Shown piece after piece: positions 50,957 through 62,300 of a DNA stretch of 64,000 nucleotides. The stretch is from Verrucomicrobiota bacterium. GTDB lineage: Bacteria > Verrucomicrobiota > Verrucomicrobiia > Limisphaerales > CANJSG01. The notes beneath the pieces were generated by a model, which was not told the DNA's origin, made no database searches, and was given only the letters and a program-made list of their open reading frames with translations. Made by a program: the position numbers and the translations under genes. The stretch covers positions 73,644 through 137,643 of the forward strand of contig JBBQXJ010000002.1 of the NCBI GenBank assembly GCA_038209745.1. Direction: 5' to 3'. The stretch's first letter is position 1; each line of letters starts with the position of its first letter.

Positions 50957-51250
50957 ATGGATTTTGACTGGAACAGCCCGCCTTTTGCATCAAGCGACTC
51001 GCTGAATCTATCCGAGGTCGAGGAATCGTTTGAGGATCCGTTCGCGGTCAAGCTGATGCCCGACTCCCCACGATTCTCTGTTCAGGCTCGGTTCTTCAAT
51101 CTGGGAATGGCAGCGTCGGGTCAAGGTGTGTTTTCAGTCTACCGGACGAACGGAAAACAGGTTCGTGTCATCCACGCCCGCTCGTTTGAGCCAGAGGAAC
51201 TCTTCTTCTACAACCGCAAGGTCAACCAGGCATTGTCGCAAGCCCTATGA
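50957..51250 (+). CDS. BrnT-like toxin-fold protein
   Basis: MDFDWN, EVEESFEDP, RFFNLG, VRVIHAR...E. Confidence 0.75.
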   Translation: MDFDWNSPPFASSDSLNLSEVEESFEDPFAVKLMPDSPRFSVQARFFNLGMAASGQGVFSVYRTNGKQVRVIHARSFEPEELFFYNRKVNQALSQAL

Positions 51251-51564
51251 ACATTATTTCACAATGGGAAGAAGTCCCGATGTTTGATCGGGAGGAGGCC
51301 GAGGCTGCTTTCTGGGCGGAGAGCAAGATCGACGTTCGTCTGATGGAGTCTTCGGTTGCATCCGCCCAAGAAATGGGGGACTCGGTCTCGATTTCGCTGC
51401 GTTTCGACCCCCGCATGCTCTCACGGATCAAGCGCCTCGCCCGGTCTCGCTACCTCAACTACCAAAGCATGATCAAACAGTGGCTCAGTGAGCGTTTGGA
51501 ACATGAACTCCGCGACGGGCGGAACTCCAATCAAGGCCGGATGGGCGGGGGAGGCTTCCGATGA
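51247..51564 (+). CDS. CopG/BrnA-like ribbon-helix-helix antitoxin
   Basis: VPMF..EEAEAAFW; ISLRFD...IKRLA...LNYQSMIKQWL. Confidence 0.8.
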   Translation: MNIISQWEEVPMFDREEAEAAFWAESKIDVRLMESSVASAQEMGDSVSISLRFDPRMLSRIKRLARSRYLNYQSMIKQWLSERLEHELRDGRNSNQGRMGGGGFR

Positions 51565-52184
51565 AAACTCGTCGTCAGGCTTTTACCTTGATCGAGTTGT
51601 TGGTGGTTATTGCGATCATTGGAATTCTGGCCGGATTGCTTCTGTCACTGGTCGGAACGGCGACCGAGCGGTCGAAGAAGGCTAGGGTTTCCGGTGATCT
51701 GAAAAAACTTGAAGCGGCGATCGATTTCTACAAGGCGAAGATCGGCGTTTATCCGCCGGACAATGTCCAAGCCAAAAAGGACGTCCGGATGTCCCCTCTC
51801 TACTACGAGCTGCTCGGCACGACCAACGACACCGGCGGAATCTATGTGATACCGGCGACGGGAGAGAAGATCAACCGCACCACGCTTCAGAGCACGCTCG
51901 GAACTGCGGGCATCGTCAACTCCCAGCCCCTTGCCGAGGATGTGAAGACTTTTCTCATGGGAGTCGCCCCCAATCAGCACGCGAGGGTGGGCTCACGGGG
52001 TGGAGATATCGAGCTGCTCATAGTGCCTGTGGAAGGACCGAATGACTTTACGGTGGGCAATGCCCGGATCAATCCGTGGCGCTACAATTCCTCGAACCCG
52101 ACGAACAATCCTAATTCCTACGATCTCTGGGCCGAGATCGTGATTCGGGGTAAGACCAACATCATCGGAAATTGGAAGGAGTGA
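51561..52184 (+). CDS. Type IV pilin / pseudopilin (GspG-like)
   Basis: RRQA|FTLIELLVVIAIIG; NPWRY, SYDLW. Confidence 0.9.
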   Translation: MKTRRQAFTLIELLVVIAIIGILAGLLLSLVGTATERSKKARVSGDLKKLEAAIDFYKAKIGVYPPDNVQAKKDVRMSPLYYELLGTTNDTGGIYVIPATGEKINRTTLQSTLGTAGIVNSQPLAEDVKTFLMGVAPNQHARVGSRGGDIELLIVPVEGPNDFTVGNARINPWRYNSSNPTNNPNSYDLWAEIVIRGKTNIIGNWKE

Positions 52185-52189
52185 TCCCT

Positions 52190-53134
52190 ATGCAAGATCT
52201 TCGACGTTCCACCACCTGTATCCGTCTGCCGGTTCGCTGGCAGATCGTAAGCTGGGAAAAGCCAATCGGAATCCAGTCTCCGAACGGTCATCAGCCCAAC
52301 AAACCCAAGCCGGGCGTTGCCAAGACGCCTCCCAGCAGCCAGGGCTTCACCTTGATCGAGCTTCTCGTCGTCATCGCGATCATTGCGATTCTAGCCGGGA
52401 TGTTGTTGCCCGCTCTCGCAGCCGCCAAGAAGAAGGCGCTGGTAAAGATGGCCCAAGCGGACATGAAAAACATCGTCAGCGCCTGCACCGCCTACGAGAC
52501 GGCCTACAGCCGAATGCCGGCTCCGAAAGAAGCTTTTGACCAGGTAAAGTCGGACACCCAACCAGATTTCACCTTCGGGACGGTCGAAAACTCCAGTCCG
52601 TTCAATGGCGCCGGTGTCTTGAAGGGGGCTGACGGTTCGGCTCTGGCAGCGATCAACTCGGCCGGAGGAGGAGCCTATCACGACAGCAATCGTCAATTGA
52701 TGGCGATTCTTATGAATGTCGAGAAGTTTGGAGACAATCGACCGACCTGTAACAAGGGGTTCGCGAGAAACCCGCGCAAACTGGGTCCCTACATTACTCC
52801 GACTAAAGTTGCCGGCGGTGGCACCGGACCGGGATTGGGAACGGATGGAGTTTACCGTGATCCCTGGGGCAATCCCTACATCATCACCCTGGACTTGAAC
52901 GGAGACGGCAAGACCCGGGACGGATTCTATTCAAGCAAGATCGTGAACGAAGATTCGTCTGGCAAAAACGTTACCGGTCTTACATGGAACAGCGTCAGCG
53001 GCGTATATGAACTGAACGCACCCGTATTGGTTTGGTCTTTTGGGCCGGACGGACAGGCGGCAAGCAATCAGGGAGCCAACAAGGGCACGGTCAACTACGA
53101 CAACGTCGTCAGTTGGAAAGACTCCAAGAACTGA
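52190..53134 (+). CDS. Type IV pilin / pseudopilin with long leader
   Basis: QG|FTLIELLVVIAIIAIL; DPWGNPY, VWSFGPDG. Confidence 0.9.
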   Translation: MQDLRRSTTCIRLPVRWQIVSWEKPIGIQSPNGHQPNKPKPGVAKTPPSSQGFTLIELLVVIAIIAILAGMLLPALAAAKKKALVKMAQADMKNIVSACTAYETAYSRMPAPKEAFDQVKSDTQPDFTFGTVENSSPFNGAGVLKGADGSALAAINSAGGGAYHDSNRQLMAILMNVEKFGDNRPTCNKGFARNPRKLGPYITPTKVAGGGTGPGLGTDGVYRDPWGNPYIITLDLNGDGKTRDGFYSSKIVNEDSSGKNVTGLTWNSVSGVYELNAPVLVWSFGPDGQAASNQGANKGTVNYDNVVSWKDSKN

Positions 53135-53138
53135 TCTG

Positions 53139-53942
53139 ATGCGTGTTGGAGCCTACAATTTTTCAGCGATACCGGCTCTGCTTCGGGTTCGCAGACGCGC
53201 GTTCACGCTGATCGAGTTGCTGGTCGTCATCGGGATCATCGCACTGGTGGCGACACTGGGACTGCCGGCGATGCGGGGGTTCGGGGAATCGAACACCATC
53301 GCGGCCGCGACCCAACAGATGCTCGACGACGTTTCCCGCGCCCGCTATCTGGCCATTGCCAACCGGACGACGGTCTATCTGGTTTTCATCGGTCCAGAAA
53401 TTGTAAACACCGGGACTGCGGGACTTAGTGCCAAAGAGATCAAAGGACTGAAGAACCTCTACCTCGGTCAATACACGGGTTACGGAGTGTTCGCGGAGCG
53501 GAGAGTTGGAGATCAGCCCGGACAGACGAACTTGAACTACTTCGGTGAATGGCGCTTCCTGCCATCAGGAGTCTTCATCGAACCCGACAAGTTCATCCGG
53601 CCGCGCAGTCGTTTTTCCGGCTCCATTTCCAACGAATCACGCCCGTTCCTCTACAAGGAATTCCCGGTTTCGATCGCCGGAAGCACTGTTAGAGCGTCCT
53701 TGTCCTATCTCTCGTTCGATGGTCGCGGCCAGCTGGATTCCGAGGTTTCGGGAACCGTCCACTATGATGCCGTCATTCCTTTGGTGCGAGGCAGCGTCAC
53801 CTACGCGAGAGACGGGAACAAGTTGCCCGTGGCGCAATACGCCAAGCCGGAAAAGAAACCGGCCTTGGAGAACGCCTACAACCGCATCCACATCGATTGG
53901 TTGACCGGCCGCGCCCGGGTCGACCGGCCCGAGCTGAAATGA
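53139..53942 (+). CDS. Minor pilin (FimT/GspH-like)
   Basis: RRRA|FTLIELLVVIG; ARYLAI, FDGRG, IDWLTGR. Confidence 0.88.
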   Translation: MRVGAYNFSAIPALLRVRRRAFTLIELLVVIGIIALVATLGLPAMRGFGESNTIAAATQQMLDDVSRARYLAIANRTTVYLVFIGPEIVNTGTAGLSAKEIKGLKNLYLGQYTGYGVFAERRVGDQPGQTNLNYFGEWRFLPSGVFIEPDKFIRPRSRFSGSISNESRPFLYKEFPVSIAGSTVRASLSYLSFDGRGQLDSEVSGTVHYDAVIPLVRGSVTYARDGNKLPVAQYAKPEKKPALENAYNRIHIDWLTGRARVDRPELK

Positions 53943-54661
53943 ACGTTCGACTTCCAGCCCATTCTGCCCGCGCTGCGTTCACCATGGTCGAGATTGCCTT
54001 GGCGCTCGCCGTCATCGGCTTCGCTTTGGTCGCCATCGTCGGCGTGTTGCCGCAAGGCTTGACCATTCAGAAGAACAACCGGGAAGACACCTTGGTCAGC
54101 CAGGACGGACCGTTCGTGCTGGAAGCAATCCGCTCAGGGGCCAAAGGAGTCGATGCGTTGACCAATTCCGTGGATCAGGTGTATGTCGTCACCTTCGTCG
54201 GCGGTAAGTTGCAGACGAACCAAGTGGCTCAGGATTTCATCGCGCGGTCCTCAAGCAACATAGTCGGGGTCCTCTCGATTCCGGTCGGAATCAGGGTCGA
54301 TCTTCCCCAACAAGGTGCCCGATCGAGGATCAGCGGTTCATTGGTGGAAGCTTTCACGATCATGCGGCCTTTGGGGGGGGCGATTGTCGACCGGTCGGAA
54401 GGGTCCAAGGATTTGGCGTTTCGCTACCGGATCGTGTCCCGGGTGATTACAGCGCCGGACACTGCCACTCCGAATGGAGCGAATCCCGTCTCGCTTCAGT
54501 CGATCAGTCTCAAATTCTACTGGCCCTTTGTAGACGGACGGGTTGGCACTCGTGGCCAGCAGGTGTTCCGCAGCCAGTTCGCCGGCATTGTTTCGAGCCC
54601 GCCGCTGGCCAACGGCAGGACCAATGGTGTGACCTATTTTGCCCGGCCCCTCGATTTTTGA
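53939..54661 (+). CDS. Minor pilin (PilV/GspI-like)
   Basis: AA|FTMVEIALALAVIGFALVAIVGVLP.G. Confidence 0.88.
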   Translation: MNVRLPAHSARAAFTMVEIALALAVIGFALVAIVGVLPQGLTIQKNNREDTLVSQDGPFVLEAIRSGAKGVDALTNSVDQVYVVTFVGGKLQTNQVAQDFIARSSSNIVGVLSIPVGIRVDLPQQGARSRISGSLVEAFTIMRPLGGAIVDRSEGSKDLAFRYRIVSRVITAPDTATPNGANPVSLQSISLKFYWPFVDGRVGTRGQQVFRSQFAGIVSSPPLANGRTNGVTYFARPLDF

Positions 54662-54679
54662 CCCGCTGTTTTTTTTGGA

Positions 54680-55597
54680 ATGAACCTGAAGCCAACCATC
54701 CGCAACAAGCACTCGATCCGCGGCCTGACGCTGATCGAGATCATGGTGGCCGTGACCCTGCTCATCGTCATCATGGTGGGCTTGATGGCGATGTTCGACC
54801 AGACCCAGAAAGTCTTCGTGACCGGTCTGCGACAGACGGACGTTCTCGAGGGAGGACGCGCCGCCGTGGATCTTCTGGGCCGTGATTTCGAGCAGATGGA
54901 GGCGGGCGGCCGTTCTGGAGATACTAATTTCTATGCCGAACTACGGCCTTGGCCGACGGCCAGACCAGCCCAGGTGCTGGCACCCGACGGAGTCGGTGTG
55001 CTCAAGACTTTGACTCTCCAGGATGTGTATTTCCTGAGCCATCCCGACGATTGGAACGGGATCGGATATAAGGTTCTGGATCCGAACGCGCCCAACACCG
55101 ATCCGCTTCTGATGGGCGCCTTGTATCGCTTCGGCACCAACGCGCCACTCCTTTTCAGTACCAACTTTATTCGAACGTTTTTGGGGATTGGCCGCGCGGT
55201 GAACAACGACAGCCTGATCGGGTCCGGCCGATTGAGCCGGGTCATTGACGGGGTGGTGCATTTCAAGGTCACCGCCTATGACCGGGAAGGAATTCGCTTC
55301 GCACCCACCACCAACTTTGTCGCGAACCTTTTCGTGGCGGAATACCTCCCTCCACCGCAGGCCCCCCTGGAACCGGTTCCCTCGTTCTACGAGTTCAGCG
55401 GCAGGCGCCTGCCCTCCACCATCGAAGTGGAGATCGGCGTGCTTGAACCCGAGGCGGTCATCCGGGCGCGGGCGCTTCCGGGCAGCGGAGCCGCCTATGC
55501 GGACAATCTCCGTGCGTTCATCGCCGACAATTCCGGCAAGATTCACTTATTCCGGCAACGGATTCCGATCCGGGTAGCCGCTAGTTTTGGCAACTGA
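54680..55597 (+). CDS. Minor pilin (PilW/GspJ-like)
   Basis: RG|LTLIEIMVAV; GRAAVDLLGRDF. Confidence 0.88.
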   Translation: MNLKPTIRNKHSIRGLTLIEIMVAVTLLIVIMVGLMAMFDQTQKVFVTGLRQTDVLEGGRAAVDLLGRDFEQMEAGGRSGDTNFYAELRPWPTARPAQVLAPDGVGVLKTLTLQDVYFLSHPDDWNGIGYKVLDPNAPNTDPLLMGALYRFGTNAPLLFSTNFIRTFLGIGRAVNNDSLIGSGRLSRVIDGVVHFKVTAYDREGIRFAPTTNFVANLFVAEYLPPPQAPLEPVPSFYEFSGRRLPSTIEVEIGVLEPEAVIRARALPGSGAAYADNLRAFIADNSGKIHLFRQRIPIRVAASFGN

Positions 55598-58500
55598 TGA
55601 GATCTTCTTCCCAGCGCGGTGTGGCGCTTGTGGTCACGCTCTTGATGCTTTCGGTCATCACCTTTTTGGCCGTGGCCTTCTTGGCGTTGACCAGTCGTGA
55701 GCGGCAGTCCGTCACCCTGACCCTGACCCAGTCCGAGGCGAAGCTCATGGCCGATGCCGGCTTGGCCCGCGCCGAGGCCGAGATCGCGGCGGCAATCAAG
55801 CGCAAGACCAACATCCTGGGGGCCGCCATGCTTGTCTCCCGCAGCTATCAGAATCCACTGGCTTTCAATTCGGTGACCGCAGGGATCACAAACGTGAACT
55901 ACCAGACGGTCGGAGCCAAAGGCGACTATCTGCAGATGCTGGCCAACCTGTATTACGACCCGCGCCTGCCCGTCTTCATCAAGACCAACCAGAACGGTCC
56001 GCTCGACTTCCGGTTCTTCGTCGACTTCAACCGCAACGGCCGCTTCGACACGAATGGGCTCCAGCCAGACCTTGATCGTAATGGGCGGGTCATCCTCACC
56101 AACTCCGTGGAGAAGTGGGTCGACCTGCCGGGCGACCCGGAGTTCATCGGATTGCTGGAGCGGTCCGCCTCCACCCATTCGGGCACAAACCGCGCCGTGG
56201 GACGGTTCGCCTATATGGTTTTGCCGGTCGGGCAATCGCTCGATCTGAATACGATGCACAACTATTCGAAGGGGAACCGGACTGGGAGCTTTCCGCCTCC
56301 CATGTTGGCATCAATGCCCGGGGACGGATTTAATCGGAATCAAGGCGTGGGGGCCTACGAGATCAACTATGCGGGTCTGCTCATGGATCTGAGTTCGAAC
56401 ACCTACTCGACTGTTGCCTACCAATTCCAGTCGGCCAATTACGGTGCGGCCAATCGAGGGACGGCTTTCAACGACGCGAGCGCTTTGCTCAGATATCGAT
56501 ACGCCAACAATTTCAGGAACCTTGGCAATGTTCTGACAAACTTTGGACCGGCTGGCTCCCTGGTTTCTCAGCGCGCCCAGTTCGCCTTCGAGCATGACGG
56601 CGTCGATTCCTACGCGAAGAACCGGCGCGGACCCCTCAACTCTACCGACCGGCCGTGGTATGATGTCGCCTCCGAACCTTGGGCCGGATCCCGCAACCCG
56701 GTCGAGATCCGCGACACCCAGGAGCTCCTCGACCCCAACAAGTTCGGCGCCCCTTTTGTCAATCACTTGAAGCAGATGGGGGCGAGTTCCGCCACAGAGG
56801 ACCGGCATGGACTCTACCGCCTCCTTTCCCAGGTCAACGTGGGGGTGCCCCCCGCGTTGGAAGGCCGGATCAACCTCAACTACACCAACGATCCGACGGT
56901 CAACACCTTCAGCAGCACCTATGTGAACTGGGATCCTCTGGTCTTCTTCACCAACGTGGCCGACCGGTTGATCAAGATGTCGCTGACCACAAACAACGCG
57001 ACGGGCCAGATCTTCTTCGAGGGGAATCCGGTTTCGACCAACTTCGGCATCGCGAACATCCCGGTCTATCCCGCCACGAACAATCTCTACTCCGCCGGTC
57101 TACATCGTCTGCTCCAAGTGGCGGCCAACCTGTATGACGCCACCACCACGAATCTCGCCCCGAGCGTTTTTCGCCCGGTCTTCGTGGTGGACAACTTCGG
57201 AGGGCTCAACATCCGTGGTTATGTCGCGGTGACGAATGCCGCGATCCTGACCCCTGGGAACATCGGTCAATTGGCAGAGATGGCTCCCGAATCGGTTGTC
57301 GCCAAAGCCGCGAAGAATCAGGTTCTGGACCGACTGATCGTCTTCGGTGTTCCTATGGTGGTCGGGGTCAAGAAGGGGTTGCCCAACTTCAACGAAGTCC
57401 AGTTCCTGTCGCGCTTCAGACTTCAGCGCAAGTTGGAGTTCTGGAAAAAGAACGTGAATCAAACGAGTGCTTCGTTGACCAACCAGACGTTGCTCTCCGA
57501 CATGTCCAACGAGATCGCGGTGGAGCTGTGGAACAGCTACACCAACGGCTACCCCCGGCCCGTGACCGTCTACTGCACGAACGTGTCCACCACGACGATC
57601 TTCGCCCGCAATTTCGTGGGTGATGTCCCTCGGACAGCCCTAGCTTTCTCTACCAATATCGGACGCACGATCACAATGAACACCTTGGGGCCCGGATCGA
57701 TGGGCTACTGGGCCGGCGGCGAATTCAAGATTCCGCTCCAGACCAACATGGTGGCGCTCCCCAGCAGCGTCTATGACTTCACGCGGAAAGAGTTCATGGG
57801 CTTGGGTTGGACCAACAACCCGAATGGACACTTTCGCGACACAACCTTGGCCACTCCGATCTTTACTGTGTTGGTGACCAACCGGTTGCGGATCACGATC
57901 GTGGACAACGGTCCGGCGCTTGGAGATGCGTTCAACCCAAACAACATCAACGGCAAGGTCCTCGACTACGTTTCGTTGGAAATGGTCTACCAGACCAATA
58001 TGACGGCCGCCCTCAACGGGCGGGATCCCAACACGGCCGGCGCAAACGCCCCCTCGATGTGGGATGTGAATGGCGGCATTCAACGCCAAGTGGAAATCAA
58101 CCTTGGACAACTTCAGCCCGACCCGCTGAGCGGCGATCCCGACTGGTCCGTCGTGAACACCACCCAAGGCGAAAGGGACAAGGCGGCCAACGGATTGGCG
58201 GTCTTCCTGGGACGGCCGCAGGACCCGAACTATCCGGCTAATTCACTGCGGCCTGAAATCATCTACCAGAAGGCGGCCTACGATGCCTTGGGGACATTTG
58301 CCGGAGTCTGGGGTTGGTCGGCCAACGATCCGCTCGTTCATTACACCCGGGCGGACCTGGAAGATCCGATAGGCCGCAAACCGCTTGAGTTTAGTCGACT
58401 GAAGGGTTCGCAGCTCAGCGGATTGACGCTGACAAAATTGAACGCGCAGTTGCCGACGTTGACTCTTGGGAAGCAGAACACGCGCTATCTCCCGTGGTCG

Positions 58501-59340
58501 GACGAGGACATCAAACCCTACGTTCAGGCGGCCGCCTTCAAGGATCCGATGGTCCGGAAATCGGACGATTGGAATTTTCCCGCGAACAAACTGGCCAGCG
58601 TGGGCGAGATCGGGCGCATTCATCGCGGCACACCGTGGCAGACCATCTATTTGAAGGCCGACGTGGCCCCTGCGAAGCAATGGAGGGACTGGTCGGGCAC
58701 GGTCATCAGCCATCCGACCAACGATTGGCGCTTGCCGGATCTCTTCACGACTGCCCCGAGCGAGGAAGCGGCGCGGGGACTCCTGTCGGTCAACCAGTCG
58801 GACTACGCCGGATGGTCTGCCGTCCTGAGTGGCGTGCTGGCAGCGACCAATACGACGCCGGCTCCGGCGCTCAACATTGATCCGGCGTTCCAATTGCAGC
58901 AGATCCTTCCGGCGTCGTCCCAATTGCATCGGATCGTCGACGCGATCAACGACCGCCGGAACCGGAAGCCGGGCAATAGCCAGCTCTTCAGCTATGCGGG
59001 AGAAATCCTGGGGGTGCCCGAGCTGACGACCCAGTCGCCGTTCCTGAACCTTTCTTCCGCCGCCGTTCAGCACGGTCTGACGGACGAGATGTATGAGAGC
59101 ATTCCGCGCCGGATCCTGTCGTTGGTCCAATTGGGCAGTCCCCGCTATTTGGTCTACACTTACGGCCAGTCGTTGAGACCGGCCGAAGCTTCGCTGGTGA
59201 ACCGTTTCGGGTTCCTCAACATGGTCACCAATTACCAGATCACGGGCGAGGTGGTGACCCGGGCGCTGATGCGCGTGGAAGGCACGCCGCAGGCACCGCG
59301 GATCGTGATCGAGAAGTATGACGTTCTGTCGACGGACTGA
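55597..59340 (+). CDS. Very large PilX/GspK-like minor pilin (1247 aa)
   Basis: QRG|VALVVTLLML without Glu5; ADAGLARA; GRINLN motif. Confidence 0.85.
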   Translation: MRSSSQRGVALVVTLLMLSVITFLAVAFLALTSRERQSVTLTLTQSEAKLMADAGLARAEAEIAAAIKRKTNILGAAMLVSRSYQNPLAFNSVTAGITNVNYQTVGAKGDYLQMLANLYYDPRLPVFIKTNQNGPLDFRFFVDFNRNGRFDTNGLQPDLDRNGRVILTNSVEKWVDLPGDPEFIGLLERSASTHSGTNRAVGRFAYMVLPVGQSLDLNTMHNYSKGNRTGSFPPPMLASMPGDGFNRNQGVGAYEINYAGLLMDLSSNTYSTVAYQFQSANYGAANRGTAFNDASALLRYRYANNFRNLGNVLTNFGPAGSLVSQRAQFAFEHDGVDSYAKNRRGPLNSTDRPWYDVASEPWAGSRNPVEIRDTQELLDPNKFGAPFVNHLKQMGASSATEDRHGLYRLLSQVNVGVPPALEGRINLNYTNDPTVNTFSSTYVNWDPLVFFTNVADRLIKMSLTTNNATGQIFFEGNPVSTNFGIANIPVYPATNNLYSAGLHRLLQVAANLYDATTTNLAPSVFRPVFVVDNFGGLNIRGYVAVTNAAILTPGNIGQLAEMAPESVVAKAAKNQVLDRLIVFGVPMVVGVKKGLPNFNEVQFLSRFRLQRKLEFWKKNVNQTSASLTNQTLLSDMSNEIAVELWNSYTNGYPRPVTVYCTNVSTTTIFARNFVGDVPRTALAFSTNIGRTITMNTLGPGSMGYWAGGEFKIPLQTNMVALPSSVYDFTRKEFMGLGWTNNPNGHFRDTTLATPIFTVLVTNRLRITIVDNGPALGDAFNPNNINGKVLDYVSLEMVYQTNMTAALNGRDPNTAGANAPSMWDVNGGIQRQVEINLGQLQPDPLSGDPDWSVVNTTQGERDKAANGLAVFLGRPQDPNYPANSLRPEIIYQKAAYDALGTFAGVWGWSANDPLVHYTRADLEDPIGRKPLEFSRLKGSQLSGLTLTKLNAQLPTLTLGKQNTRYLPWSDEDIKPYVQAAAFKDPMVRKSDDWNFPANKLASVGEIGRIHRGTPWQTIYLKADVAPAKQWRDWSGTVISHPTNDWRLPDLFTTAPSEEAARGLLSVNQSDYAGWSAVLSGVLAATNTTPAPALNIDPAFQLQQILPASSQLHRIVDAINDRRNRKPGNSQLFSYAGEILGVPELTTQSPFLNLSSAAVQHGLTDEMYESIPRRILSLVQLGSPRYLVYTYGQSLRPAEASLVNRFGFLNMVTNYQITGEVVTRALMRVEGTPQAPRIVIEKYDVLSTD

Positions 59341-59368
59341 CATCCCGTGACACCTGATTGGAGAAGGT

Positions 59369-62300
59369 ATGAAGTATTTACGTTCGAGAAGTTGGGCAGT
59401 CATCAGCGTGGTGTCGCTGATCTTGGCGATCGTCTGCCTATGGTTGAGCCGTCGATGGGACGAGAGGCGGAGCGCCGCCACAAACCCGACGGAACAGGTG
59501 GAAGCAAAGGTCGGCAGCACAGCCACCGGATCGATCGCGTTGACCAAAATAGTCGGTGAGGCTCTGGCGAAGAAAGCGGTGGGCGAGATTCCCAGCCGTC
59601 TTCAGCACCGGCTCAGCAACACCTCTGCGGGAATCCGGTCCCTGATGAGGAACGACCGGGCTATCCTTTTGGAGAACGCCCTGATCGACACTTCGATTTC
59701 CGATGCTTTGGCGATCCCCGAATCCCTTCGGCTGAAGGGAGCTCCGGGCAGCTACATTGTCCAGGCGCGCGGCTACACCTCAGACGCGTTTCGGAGCAGT
59801 CTGGAACAGGCGGGTGCAAAGATCGTTTCCTATGTTCCCAACAACGCCTATTTGGTGCGGGCATCGGAGCAAGTCGCCTCCGCTCTCGGGGCCGATCCGG
59901 CTGTGGCCTCCCTCGTGCCCTACCAGCCCTATTTCAAGCTTGAGCCCGGCCTTCTCGCCGAGGTCCTCCAGCCGACCGTTCAGCCTGGCACGGCCCAGTT
60001 GAAAGTGACGATCTACGCGGGCGACGATGCCGCAGCCAAGAATGCCATCCACACTTTGGGCTTTGAAGTGTCCCAGTCCGAGCGCTCGCCATTTGGTGAT
60101 CTGCTCACGGTCAAGGGTCCGTCGCAAGCCATCGCGGCGCTGGCGCAGGAGCCAACGGTTCAGGCGATCGAAAACGCCCCCGAACGCATGTTGTTGACCG
60201 ACCTGGCCCGGGTCCGGGTCGGTGTGTCCTCCAACTCGTTCGTGCCGGGCAACTGGCTCGGACTGACCGGAAGCAACGTCGTGATCGGACTGAACGATAC
60301 CGGAGTCCAGGCCAGCCATCCCGATCTTACGGGCCGGGTGATTGATTCCGGATTTCTGGACGCTCGTGGAGGCAGCATTCTTTCCGACTATGATGGGCAC
60401 GGCACCCACGTCGCTGGAATCATGATCACCACAGGTGCCAGCTTCCCCGGCGGCACCAATGCCCTGGGGTCGTTGGCCAATGCCAATTATCGGGGAATGG
60501 CTCCCGGGGCATCGGTCTATCCGCTGCCTGTTGATCCGATCTCAGGATCATTTCGCACCGACACGTTCCTGCAGGAGGCGACCGCCCGGACCAACATCTT
60601 CATCTCGAACAACAGCTGGGGCTATCGCGGGTCGCGCGACTACACGTCCTCTTCGGCGAGTTTCGACGCGGCAACCCGGGATTCGCTTCCGGAGAAACCG
60701 GGTTCCCAGGGAGTTCTCTACGTGTTTGCAGCCGGTGACGGCGGAAACGGCAGCGCCAGCGGATCAACCGGCGTGCCCGACACCATCATCTCGCCGGCAA
60801 CGGCCAAGAACGTCATCGCTGTCGGGGCCCTCGACCAATTGCGGGAGATCACGAACAGCGTCGCTATAAACGGAGTGACCAACGACTTTTTCTTCGCCGA
60901 AACGGACAGCGACTACCAAGTCTCCCCCTTCTCCAGCCGGGGCAACACCGGAATTGGCGTCGAGGGGGAGTTTGGAAGGTACAAGCCGGATCTGGTGGCT
61001 CCCGGCAGCTTCATGGTGTCCACCCGGGCCACCAATTATGCGGAGCCAACCGGATTCCCTTCCTACCGCTTCTCGGAAACCACGGGGCAACATCTGGAAC
61101 CAGGACAGACCAACGTCTACGCAGTGACGATTCCCGCGAACGGCAAGGAAATCTCCATCTCGACCCTTCCGCTGGCCCAGTCCGGGCCGGTTGTCTTCCC
61201 TCTGCAGATCGCCGCGGGTTCGAGCAACCCACCAATTCAGGTGCGCGGGACAAACCAGGTCCTCCTTCAAGTTCCGGCCGACATCGCTCCGGGTCTGGTC
61301 TTTTATTCGGTCGTGAACACGAACAGGGTGGGAATCTCCTTCGACGTCCGCACGGCCGTCACTTTGGAAAGCGAAAGCGGGGACTATTATGACGTCCTGG
61401 CCCAGTTGAACGCGCCGCTGGGTCCTTATTACCGCTACGACTCCGGCACCAGCATGTCCGCCCCGGTCGTGTCGGGAATGTTGGCCTTGGTCCAGGAATT
61501 CTTTGAAACCCGGCTTGGGCGGACGAACAGTCCCGCGATGATGAAGGCGCTCCTCATCAACGGAGCCCGACGCAGCTCGGTCTTCTACGACTTCAATCCG
61601 GGCGGCTTGGTCAATCATCAGGGCTGGGGTGTCCCCCAGTTGACCAACACGCTTCCGGCGATCCTCGAGTCCGCTCCCGAGTCGACCTGGCCGGTGCGGC
61701 TTTTCGACCAGAGCCCGACCAACGCCTTGGCGACCGGCGAGCAGTTCAGCCGCACCATCACTCCGTCGGAAGAAGCCAAGGCCGTCCCGCTGCGCATCAC
61801 CCTCGTATGGACCGATCCCCCGGGGAACCCGATCGTGGGAGCCAAACTGGTCAACGATCTGGACCTGGTGGTGACCAACATGGCCACTGGCGCCGCCATC
61901 TTTGGAAACAATTTCCCGTCCGGCAGCCAATACACCGTCGAATCCCCGAAAGGGCTTGATGAGAGCGATCTCATCAACAATGTGGAAAACGTCTACCTCC
62001 CGGCCCCATTGGCCTCGAACTACGTCGTCACCGTCCGCGGCAAGCGGGTCAACGTGAACGCCGTCACGGGCCAGACCAATGGAACCAAGCAGGACTTTGC
62101 CCTCGTGATTTCCTCCGGGGACACTGCCTTGACCTCGCCATTCGGCCTTTCGGGAATCCCGGCTTTGACCACTCAGGCCGCGCCTCTCGTGCTGACCATT
62201 TCCAATTCGATCGCCCTGACCGGTCAGCGGGTCGGAGCGAATGCGCCGCTCGGCGCCGGTGGTCCTGGAGGAGGCGTCGCGAACCAGTGGCGTTTCTACC

